Position numbers and translations under genes: made by a program. DNA of 64,000 bases from Ranitomeya imitator (lineage: Eukaryota), in NCBI RefSeq assembly GCF_032444005.1, contig NC_091288.1, positions 216,752,001 through 216,816,000 on the forward strand, given 5' to 3'. Below are positions 1 through 10,500 of this stretch, piece after piece. Within the stretch, counting starts at the first letter, position 1, and the number at the start of each line of letters is the position of its first letter. The notes below the pieces were generated by a model. It was not told where the DNA came from. It made no database searches and was given only the letters and a program-made list of their open reading frames with translations.

Positions 1-1045
1 ACAGGGGGCTCCTGGAGGACGAGGCACAGGGGGCTCCTGGAGGACGAGGCACAGGGGGCTCCTGGAGGACGAGGCACAGGGGGCTCCTGGAGGACGAGGC
101 ACAGGGGGCTCCTGGAGGACGAGGCACAGGGGGCTCCTGGAGGACGAGGCACAGGGGGCTCCTGGAGGACGAGGCACAGGGGGCTCCTGGAGGACGAGGC
201 ACACTGTGAGGGGGGCTCCAGAAGGAAGAGGCACACTGTGAGGGGGGCTCCAGAAGGAAGAGGCACACTGTGAGGGGGGCTCCAGAAGGAAGAGGCACAC
301 TGTGAGGGGGGCTCCAGAAGGAAGAGGCACACTGTGAGGGGGGCTCCAGAAGGAAGAGGCACACTGTGAGGGGGGCTCCAGAAGGAAGAGGCACACTGTG
401 AGGGGGGCTCCAGAAGGAAGAGGCACACTGTGAGGGGGGCTCCAGAAGGAAGAGGCACAGGGGTCTCCCGGAGGAAGAGGCACAGGGGTCTCCCGGAGGA
501 AGAGGCACAGGGGTCTCCCGGAGGAAGAGGCACAGGGGTCTCCCAGAGGAAGAGGCACAGGGGTCTCCCAGAGGAAAAGGCACAGGGGTCTCCCAGAGGA
601 AGAGGCACAGGGGTCTCCCGGAGGCAGGGGCACAGGGGGCTCCCGGAGGCGGAGGCACAGGGGTCTCCCGGAGGCACAGGGGGCTCCCGGAGGCGGAGGC
701 TCCCGGAGGCGGAGGCTCCCGGAGGCGGAGGCACAGGGGGCTCCCGGAGGCGGAGGCACAGGGGGCTCCTGGAGGGGGGGGGCACAGGGGGCTCCCGGAG
801 GCGGAGGCACAGGGGTCTCCCGGAGGCGGAGGCACAGGGGGCTCCCGGAGGCGGAGGCACAGGGGGCTCCCGGAGGCGGAGGCACAGGGGGCTCCCGGAG
901 GCGGAGGCACAGGGGGCTCCCGGAGGTGGAGGCACAGGGGGCTCCTGGAGGGGGGGGCACAGGGGGCTCCCGGAGGCGGAGGCACAGGGGGCTCCCGGAG
1001 GCGGAGGCACAGGGGGCTCCTGGAGGCGGAGGCACACTGTGAGGG
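1..1045. repeat. GC-rich compound minisatellite (25-bp unit, then 32-bp unit, then degenerate shorter variants)
   Basis: GAGGCACAGGGGGCTCCTGGAGGAC repeated 1-200; GAGGCACACTGTGAGGGGGGCTCCAGAAGGAA 201-455; related variants to ~1045. ORF 430..1071 is a product of the repeat. Confidence 0.95.
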
Positions 1046-1452
1046 GGGCAGGCAGGCTCCTAAGTGTTTAATCAGTAGTCTGAGGTAAGTGATGGAATTG
1101 GAAGAAGAGGGTCCGGATCGGGGGGGCCTTTTTCATGCCGGGGTCGGAACTGTCACCTTCGTTGTCTGGGGGAGAGCTTAGAGACCCGGACCGACCTTTG
1201 CACAGGACAGCAGGGGGCGGAGTGAGGACAAAAAGCGCAGAGCGCGCAGAACAGCGGCCGGGAAGACGGTGCGCAGCCGGAGAATGTAGGGGCTGCGTCC
1301 TCCGAGCACCGTGACAGCCCAGGACGGCGATACATAGTTCCGGCTGCTCCCTATAAGGACTGTGACTGGAGAACCGTGCTCCGCCCATTGGCCCCCACTG
1401 CTCAAGTAACTGCTTGTCTCAGGCCGCCGTATAACGCGCACGTGCCACGTAA

Positions 1453-1712
1453 GGCTACGTTCACATTAGCGTTTTGCGTGTTTGCGTCGGGCGACGCAGC
1501 GGCGACGCATGCGTCATGCGCCCCTATATTAAACATGGGGGACGCATGGACATGCGTTGTGCGACGCATGCGTTTTTTTTGCCGCAAGCGTCGGGCGCAG
1601 AAAACGCAACAAGTTGCATTTTTCTTGCGTCCAAATTTCGGCAAAAAACTACGCATGCGTCGCAAAACGCAGCGTTTTTGCGTGCGTTTTTATTGGCGTT
1701 GTGAACGTAGCC
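1453..1712. mobile_element. PIF/Harbinger (Tourist-like) palindromic MITE
   Basis: TIR GGCTACGTTCACA...TGTGAACGTAGCC; TAA direct repeat at 1450-1452 and 1713-1715; related copies at 24688, 46317, 63631. Confidence 0.85.
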
Positions 1713-1799
1713 TAAGTAACCATGGCAACAGCGCTGGTAACATTGAAAGATTTTTCACTTCACTACTTTCGTCCACCTGCACATTTTACCTCTCCCCTC

Positions 1800-1985
1800 T
1801 CTGTGGGGGGCGCACTCACTCGAGGCCTGTGGGGGCGCACCGGCGGCCTGTGGGGGGCGCACTCACTCGCGGCCTGTGGGGGCGCACCGGCGGCCTGTGG
1901 GGGGCGCACTCACTCGCGGCCTGTGGGGGCGCACCGGCGGCCTGTGGGGGGCGCACTCACTCGCGGCCTGTGGGGGGCGCCGCTC
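1800..1985. repeat. Short GC-rich tandem repeat (alternating ~26- and ~21-bp units)
   Basis: CTGTGGGGGGCGCACTCACTCGCGGC alternating with CTGTGGGGGCGCACCGGCGGC. Confidence 0.85.
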
Positions 1986-2064
1986 CTCCTCTCCGCACAC
2001 GTGACTGCTCGTCGCCTTCTAATCTGTTTTATATGAAGCGCCAGAAACAAAACTCTGAATTTCA

Positions 2065-2330
2065 GTCAGAGGTGACTCCGCCCCTCCACGACGTCACCAC
2101 TCAGACCCCTCCTCCTGCGCGGGAGAGACCTAGCAGAGAGGCGGGGATTAGTACAATCACGTGCCGTCACTGAAGTCGCTGATTGGATTACAGCTGTCAA
2201 CTATTTCCGGATCGCTGCGGCATCACGTGCTCATAGTGACTCCTCCCCCCGGCTTCTGTAGTGGCGTGTTGACGTCAGACGTAGCCTCGGTCTCAGTCAT
2301 GTGATCGAAATTGTAGTCATATGACTCGTT
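2065..2330 (+). promoter_or_regulatory. spns1: spns1 CpG-island promoter with CLEAR/E-box, CRE, CCAAT, GC-box and ETS motifs
   Basis: TCACGTG at 2157-2163 and 2223-2229; GTCATGTGAT 2296-2305; GTCATATGAC 2316-2325; TGACGTCA 2269-2276; ATTGG 2182-2186; TTCCGG 2205-2210; CCGCCC ~2078; CpG-rich. Confidence 0.7.
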
Positions 2331-2386
2331 AGCCGCACTATGGCGATACATAAAGGATAAGTAACAGGCGGAGGAGGACGGCGCCG
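2290..2386 (+). other. spns1: Probable non-coding first exon of spns1 (5' end approximate)
   Basis: Directly follows the promoter motifs and ends in GCCG|GTGAGT (donor 2387-2392). The first coding exon has pyrimidine-rich acceptors at 7277-7278 and 7286-7287, just before the ATG at 7304. Confidence 0.6.
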
Positions 2387-2464
2387 GTGAGTGCTCCCGT
2401 GTGTAGTGCTGCTCGTCTCCCCGGTCACTGCTATTACACGGGGAGGGGAATAGGACCTACAGGA

Positions 2465-5400
2465 GCGGTATACATGTATATAGGGGGCTGCAGAGGGGGA
2501 TGTACGTTTATATATGGATTGTATGTGTACATAGGGGGCTGTACATGTATATAGGGGCTGTAGAGGGTACATACGTGTATAAAGGGGGTGTACGCGTATT
2601 TAGGGGCTGTAGAGGGGACGTACGTGTATATAGGGGGCTGTAGAGGGGACGTACGTATATATAGGGGGCTGTAGAGGGGACGTACGTATATATAGGGGGC
2701 TGTAGAGAGGATGTACATTTATATAGGGGGCTGTAGAGGGGACGTACGTATATATAGGGGGCTGTAGAGAGGACGTACGTGTATATAGGGGGCTGTGGAG
2801 GGGACATATCTATAGGGGGCTGTGGAGGGGACGTACGTATATATAGGAGCTGTAGAGGGTACGTACGTATATATAGGAGCTGTAGAGGGTACATACGTGT
2901 ATAAAGGGGGTGTACGCGTATTTAGGGGCTGTAGAGGGGACGTACGTGTATATAGGGGGCTGTAGAGGGGACGTACGTGTATATAGGGGGCTGTAGAGGG
3001 GACGTACGTGTATATAGGGGGCTGTAGAGGGGACGTACGTGTATATAGGGGGCTGTAGAGGGGACGTACGTGTATAAAGGGGGCTGTAGAGGGGACGTAC
3101 GTATATATAGGGGCTGTAGAGGGGACATACGTGTATAAAGGGGGTGTACGCTTATATAGGGGGCTGTAGAGGGGACATACGTATATATAGGGGCTGTAGA
3201 GGGGACGTACGTGTATATAGGGGGCTGTAGAGGGGACGTACGTGTATATAGGGGGCTGTAGAGGGGACGTACGTGTATATAGGGGCTGTAGAGGGGACGT
3301 ACGTGTATATAGGGGCTGTAGAGGGGACGTACGTGTATATAGGGGCTGTAGAGGGGACGTACGTGTATATAGGGGCTGTAGAGGGGACGTACGTGTATAT
3401 AGGGGCTGTAGAGGGGACGTACGTGTATATAGGGGGCTGTAGAGGGGACGTACGTATATATAGGGGGCTGTAGAGAGGACGTACGTGTATATAGGGGGCT
3501 GTGGAGGGGACATATCTATAGGGGCTGTGGAGGGGACGTACGTATATATAGGAGCTGTAGAGGGTACGTACGTATATATAGGAGCTGTAGAGGGTACGTA
3601 CGTATATATAGGAGCTGTAGAGGGGACGTACGTATATATAGGGGGCTGTAGAGGGGACGTACGTATATATAGGGGGCTGTAGAGGGGACGTACGTGTATA
3701 TAGGGGGCTGTAGAGGGGACGTACGTGTATATAGGGGGCTGTAGAGGGGACGTACGTGTATATAGGGGGCTGTAGAGGGGACGTACGTATATATAGGGGG
3801 CTGTAGAGGGGACGTACGTGTATATAGGGGGCTGTAGAGGGGACGTACGTGTATATAGGGGGCTGTAGAGGGGACGTACGTGTATAAAGGGGGCTGTAGA
3901 GGGGACGTACGTATATATAGGGGCTGTAGAGGGGACATACGTGTATAAAGGGGGTGTACGCGTATATAGGGGGCTGTAGAGGGGACATACGTATATATAG
4001 GGGCTGTAGAGGGGACGTACGTGTATATAGGGGGCTGTAGAGGGGACGTACGTGTATATAGGGGGCTGTAGAGGGGACGTACGTGTATATAGGGGCTGTA
4101 GAGGGGACGTACGTGTATATAGGGGCTGTAGAGGGGACGTACGTGTATATAGGGGCTGTAGAGGGGACGTACGTGTATATAGGGGCTGTAGAGGGGACGT
4201 ACGTGTATATAGGGGCTGTAGAGGGGACGTACGTGTATATAGGGGCTGTAGAGGGGACGTACGTGTATATAGGGGGCTGTAGAGGGGACGTACGTATATA
4301 TAGGGGGCTGTAGAGGGTACATACGTGTATAAAGGGGGTGTACGCGTATATAGGGGGCTGTAGAGGGGACATACGTATATATAGGGGCTGTAGAGGGGAC
4401 GTACGTGTATATAGGGGCTGTAGTGGGGACGTACGTATATATAGGGGCTGTAGAGGGGACGTACGTATATATAGGGGCTGTAGAGGGGACGTACGTATAT
4501 ATAGGGGGCTGTAGAGGGGACATACGTGTATAAAGGGGGCTGTAGAGGGGACGTACGCGTATATAGGGGCTGTAGAGGGTACATACGTGTATAAAGGGGG
4601 TGTACGTGTATATAGGGGCTGTGGAGGGGACATATCTATAGGGGGCTGCAGAGGGGATGTACGTGTGTGTGTATATGTATATATATATATGGATTGTATG
4701 TGTACATAGGGGCTGTAGAGGGGACATACGTGTATAAAGGGGGCTGTAGAGGGGATGTACGTGTATATAGGGGCTGTAGAGGGGACGTACGTGTATATAG
4801 GGGGCTGTAGAGAGGATGTACATTTATATAGGGGGCTGTAGAGGGGACTTACGTGTATATAGGGGGCTGTAGAGGGGACTTACGTGTATATAGGGGCTGT
4901 AGAGGGGACGTACGTGTATATAGGGGCTGTAGAGGGGACGTACGTGTATATAGGGGGCTGTAGAGAGGATGTACATTTATATAGGGGCTGTAGAGGGGAC
5001 GTACGTGTATATAGGGGCTGTAGAGGGGACGTACGTGTATATAGGGGCTGTAGAGGGGACGTACGTGTATATAGGGGCTGTAGAGGGGACGTACGTGTAT
5101 ATAGGGGCTGTAGAGGGGACGTACGTGTATATAGGGGCTGTAGAGGGGACGTACGTATATATAGGGGCTGTAGAGGGGACGTACGTATATATAGGGGCTG
5201 TAGAGGGGACGTACGTATATATAGGGGGCTGTAGAGGGGACATACGTGTATAAAGGGGGTGTACGCGTATATAGGGGGCTGTAGAGGGGACATACGTATA
5301 TATAGGGGCTGTAGAGGGGACGTACGTATATATAGGGGCTGTAGAGGGGACGTACGTATATATAGGGGGCTGTAGAGGGGACATACGTGTATAAAGGGGG

Positions 5401-6556
5401 CTGTAGAGGGGACGTACGCGTATATAGGGGCTGTAGAGGGTACATACGTGTATAAAGGGGGTGTACGTGTATATAGGGGCTGTAGAGGGGACGTACGTTT
5501 ATATAAGGTGCTGTAGAGGGGACATATCTATAGGGGGCTGCAGAGGGGATGTACGTGTGTGTGTATATGTATATATATATGGATTGTATGTGTACATAGG
5601 GGCTGTAGAGGGGACATACGTGTATAAAGGGGGCTGTAGAGGGGATGTACGTGTATATAGGGGCTGTAGAGGGGACGTACGTGTATATAGGGGCTGTAGA
5701 GGGGACGTACGTGTATATAGGGGGCTGTAGAGAGGATGTACATTTATATAGGGGCTGTAGAGGGGACTTACGTGTATATAGGGGCTGTAGAGGGGACGTA
5801 CGTGTATATAGGGGCTGTAGAGGGGACGTACGTGTATATAGGGGGCTGTAGAGAGGATGTACATTTATATAGGGGGCTGTAGAGGGGACTTACGTGTATA
5901 TAGGGGCTGTAGAGGGGACGTACGTGTATATAGGGGCTGTAGAGGGGACGTACGTGTATATAGGGGGCTGTAGAGGGGACTTGCGTGTATGTAGAGGGGA
6001 CGTATCTATATAGGGGCTGTAGAGGGACGTACGCATATATAGGGGGCTATAGAGGGGACGTACATGTATATAGGGGCTGTAGAGGGAACGTAGGTGTATA
6101 TAGAGGGGGCGTACGTGTATGTAGGGGCTGTAGAGGGGACGTACATGTATATAGGGGTTGTAGAGGGGACTTATGTGTATATAGGGGGCTGTAGAGGGGA
6201 CGTGAGTGTATATAGGGCTGTACAGGTGGCGTAGGTGTATAGGGGGCTGTAGAGGGGGCATAGTTGTATATAGGGGGCTGTTGGGGGGGCGTAGGTGTAT
6301 ATAGGGGGCTGTAGAGGGGGCGTAAGTGTATATAGGGCTGAACAGGGGGCGTAGGTGTATATAGGGCTGTAGAGGGGGCGTTGGTGTATATAGGGGGTGT
6401 AGGTGTATATAGGGGTCTGTAGAGGGGGCGTAGGTTTATATAGGGGGCTGTAGAAGGGGCGTAGGTGTATATAGGGGTCTGTAGAGGGGGCGTAGGTTTA
6501 TATAGGGAGCTGCAGAAGGGGCGTAGGTGTATATAGGGGCTGTAGAGGGGGCGTAC

Positions 6557-6560
<4 letters not shown>
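2465..6560. repeat. ~4.1-kb 30/31-bp minisatellite in spns1 intron 1, ending in (TG)n(TA)n
   Basis: Unit AGAGGGGACGTACGTGTATATAG(G)GGGCTGT; all long ORFs here are repeat translations. Confidence 0.97.
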
Positions 6561-6604
<44 letters not shown>

Positions 6605-6669
6605 ACATCTCCCCCTATATACACGTATAGAGGGGGCTTTAAAGGAAGGCTTGTGATTGCAGGATGATG

Positions 6670-7170
6670 TTGGGGGCGATGTGACTGACTATGGACAATG
6701 ACAGGGGCGATGTGACTGATGATTGATTATATATAATATTGATATATAATATCGATGGTTAGCTCTCGACAGAACAGTATGGGTATATGGTGCTAGTGAG
6801 AAGGGACCATAGGCCCCGTAAATACTTACAACTGATGATTGACAGGGACGATGTGACTGATGATTGACGGGGGCGATGTGACTGACGATTGATGACTGGG
6901 GAGTTGTGACCGACGATGACGGGGGAGATGTGACCGACGATGACTGGGGGAGATGTGACCGACGATGACTGGGGGAGATGTGACTGACGATGACTGGGGG
7001 AGATGTGACCGACGATGATGGGGGAGATGTGACCGACGATGACTGGGGGAGATGTGACTGACGATGACTGGGGGAGATGTGACTGACGATGACTGGGGGA
7101 GATGTGACTGACGATGACTGGGGGAGATGTGACTGACGATTGATGATGACGGGGGCGATGTGACTGACAA
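6670..7170. repeat. 25-bp minisatellite in spns1 intron 1
   Basis: GGGGGAGATGTGACTGACGATGACT with period 25 (e.g. 7045, 7070). Confidence 0.9.
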
Positions 7171-7303
7171 TTTATGCCGGTGATGTGATCCCTCCCCCGG
7201 TTGTAGTTTGGGGGCCTTTTTTAAGCCCGATGTTCGTGTTTTCCTTTCACGATAACGACTTTGTTACTTCGTGTCCAGTGTTTCCAGTCCGGGGGCCGAC
7301 AAG

Positions 7304-7541
7304 ATGATGACCCCTCATGACCACGCTGACACCACCCCGTTCCTGACTCAGGCAGACGACGTGGACGAGGTGAACATCGCAGCGCCCCCTCCACGTGTCC
7401 TGGGTGAGGATGGCGACGACGACCCCGACACCCGCGATGTGCACTCCCTGACGGGGATCTCCTACAGGCGCTCCGTCACCATCGTGGGGATTCTCTTCTA
7501 CATCAACCTGCTGAACTACATGGATCGCTTCACTGTGGCCG
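7304..7541 (+). CDS. spns1: spns1 coding exon 1 (MMTPH...RFTVAG)
   Basis: ATG 7304; donor GTAGGT 7542. Confidence 0.93.
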
Positions 7542-10500
7542 GTAGGTGGGGATGGGGAGACCATTATGGGTCAGGGGTACAAGGATATACAGTTATGTCA
7601 GTCGTTTTTATGGCTCTCTGAAGAAAAGGAGAAACTAAAGCTGAATTTGTCCTCGGTGGGAGGGGGTCGGTGTCGTATCCCCCAGATTACGGCAGATCAC
7701 GGTGGATTCAGCAGGGTTTTCATTGGGTTATAGGGTCTCTGTGTGATGGCGTTTGCTGATCTTTATGCCCCCTGTAGGCGATAGCAGGTATCACGCTGAC
7801 TCTCCGGCCTTGGCTGAGCTGATGATGAGGTTTTTTTTTTCGTTTATTTTTGTCAGGCGTGCTCCCAGACCTAGAGGAAGCCTTCCACATCAAGGACGGC
7901 TCCTCCGGACTGATACAGACTGGTAAGTGGCCGCGTCACATCGCGTTTATTATGAGATCTGTCAGCAGGTAGCCTGCTTGTTGATGGTTTACGGGCAACG
8001 TAAAATTTGTGACAGCAAGAGCAAATAAGGAGCTTATGTTCCAGGAGGTGGAGTGATCCATGAGCGGTAGATATAGTCAGTAGGGGGGTGATAATATAAT
8101 TTACACTCTTGTTACATGGAGTCTGACCCTTCCACTCTCTCCCTTCAGTATTTATCTGCAGCTACATGGTGCTGGCTCCGGTCTTTGGATACCTCGGCGA
8201 TCGATTGAACAGGAAATATATAATTTGCATAGGAATCTCTTTCTGGTCAGTCATCACATTCTGCAGCTCCTTCATACCCAATAAGGTAACGTCCCAGATT
8301 GTTGTTGTTGTCGCCGCTCCCTCCCCGGGTGGTGGAGGTGGTTGTTGTCGCCGCTCTCTCCCCGGGTGGTAGTGGTTGTTGTTGCCGCTCCCTCCCCGGG
8401 TGGTGGAGGTGGTTGTTGTCGCCGCTCTCTCCCCGGGTGGTAGTGGTTGTTGTCGCCGCTCTCTCCCCGGGTGGTGGAGGTGGTTGTTGTTGTCGCCGCT
8501 CTCTCCCCGGGTGGTAGTGGTTGTTGTTGCCGCTCCCTCCCCCGGGTGGTAGTGGTTGTTGTCGCCGCTCTCTCCCCGGGTGGTGGAGGTGGTTGTTGTC
8601 GCCGCTCTCTCCCCGGGTGGTGGAGGTGGTTGTTGTCGCCGCTCTCTCCCCGGGTGGTGGTGGTTGTTGTCGCCGCTCTCTCCCCGGGTGGTGGTGGTTG
8701 TTGTCGCCGCTCCCTCCCCGGGTGGTGGCGGTTGTTGTCGCCGCTCTCTCCCCGGGTGGTGGCGGTTGTTGTCGCCGCTCTCTCCCCGGGTGCTGGTGGT
8801 TGTTGTCGCCGCTCTCTCCCCGGGTGCTGGTGGTTGTTGTCGCCGCTCTCTCCCCGGGTGCTGGTGGTTGTTGTCGCCGCTCTCTCCCCGGGTGCTGGTG
8901 GTTGTTGTCGCCGCTCTCTCCCCGGGTGCTGGTGGTTGTTGTCGCCGCTCTCTCCCCGGGTGGTGGCGGTTGTTGTCGCCGCTCTCTCCCCGGGTGGTGG
9001 CGGTTGTTGTCGCCGCTCTCTCCCCGGGTGGTGGCGGTTGTTGTCGCCGCTCTCTCCCCGGGTGGTGGCGGTTGTTGTCGCCGCTCTCTCCCCGGGTGGT
9101 GGCGGTTGTTGTCGCCGCTCTCTCCCCGGGTGGTGGCGGTTGTTGTCGCCGCTCTCTCCCCGGGTGGTGGCGGTTGTTGTCGCCGCTCTCTCCCCGGGTG
9201 GTGGTGGTTGTTGTCGCCGCTCTCTCCCCGGGTGGTGGCGGTTGTTGTCGCCGCTCCCTCCCCGGGTGGTGGCGGTTGTTGTCGCCGCTCTCTCCCCGGG
9301 TGGTGGCGGTTGTTGTCGCCGCTCTCTCCCCGGGTGGTGGCGGTTGTTGTCGCCGCTCTCTCCCCGGGTGGTGGAGGTGGTTGTTGTCGCCCCTCCCTCC
9401 CCGGGTGGTGGAGGTGGTTGTTGTCGCCCCTCCCTCCCCGGGTGGTGGAGGTGGTTGTTGTCGCCCCTCCCTCCCCGGGTGGTGGAGGTGGTTGTTGTCG
9501 CCCCTCCCTCCCCGGGTGGTGGAGGTGGTTGTTGTCGCCCCTCCCTCCCCGGGTGGTGAAGGTGGTTGTTGTCGCCCCTCCCTCCCCGGGTGGTGGTGGT
9601 GGTTGTTGTTGTTGTTGTTGTTGTTGTCGCCGCTCCCTCCCCGGGTGGTGGTGGTTGTTGTTGTTGTCGCCGCTCCCTCCCCGGGTGATGGTGGTGGTTG
9701 TTGTCGCTGCTCTCTCCCCGGGTGGTGGTGGTGGTGGTGGTTGTCACCGCTCCCTCCCCGGGTGGTGATGGTGGTGGTTGTCGCCGCTCCCTCCCCAGGT
9801 GGTGGTTGTCGCCTCTTTTATTTCCTGCCTCTGAAAGGCAAAATCAGTGGTCCTGAAGTGGTGGATCAGCCCTTATAGGTAATTATGAGAGTCCTGTTCC
9901 AGAGTAGAAAAGCAAGGCTGCTTTCTCCCAGACCCAGAAGCGGCTCCCCTCCTGACCGCAGCTCGTATGCGGTACTGCAGCTCGGCGCCATTAACCTTAA
10001 TCCTTTATGGAGTGAAGTAGTTTTCTGTTTCGATAGATCAGACCGTTATGGACTCTGATCCCAAATGTGTTTTATTTTTTATAATCCCGTCATATTGCAC
10101 CTCTATTATCTGCTATATTTGTTTTCTTGGTCCTTTTATGAATGTAAATCTCACCCTATAATTACCAGCAGACTTTCTTCTTTTCCTGTCTCTTCTCCAG
10201 CACTTTCACCTTTTCCTGCTCACACGAGGACTGGTTGGAGTTGGAGAGGCGAGTTACTCCACCATCGCCCCCACCATCATCGCCGACCTGTTTGTGGCCG
10301 ACCAGCGCACCCGCATGTTGTCCGTCTTCTACTTCGCCATTCCAGTCGGCTGGTGAGTATCCAGAATAAGACTTCATCACTCGTATAGCTGAGGGTTTGG
10401 TACAATGTATTGATGCTTTGCCTATTACAGCGGCCTCGGATACATCGCGGGATCCAAGGTGGCGATCGCCGCCAATAGGAACTGGCACTGGGCTTTACGG

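Noticed and set aside
2297-6624. Long ORFs (up to 621 aa) in spns1 intron 1
   Set aside because: Open in several frames on both strands, with periodicity equal to the 30/31-bp unit; minisatellite artefacts.
7271-7303. Upstream GTG start of track ORF 7271..7621
   Set aside because: Overlaps the splice-acceptor region; homology to SPNS1 starts after ATG 7304.
8272-9878. 370-491-aa ORFs on both strands
   Set aside because: Translations of the 34-bp intronic minisatellite; the real exon ends at the 8286 donor.
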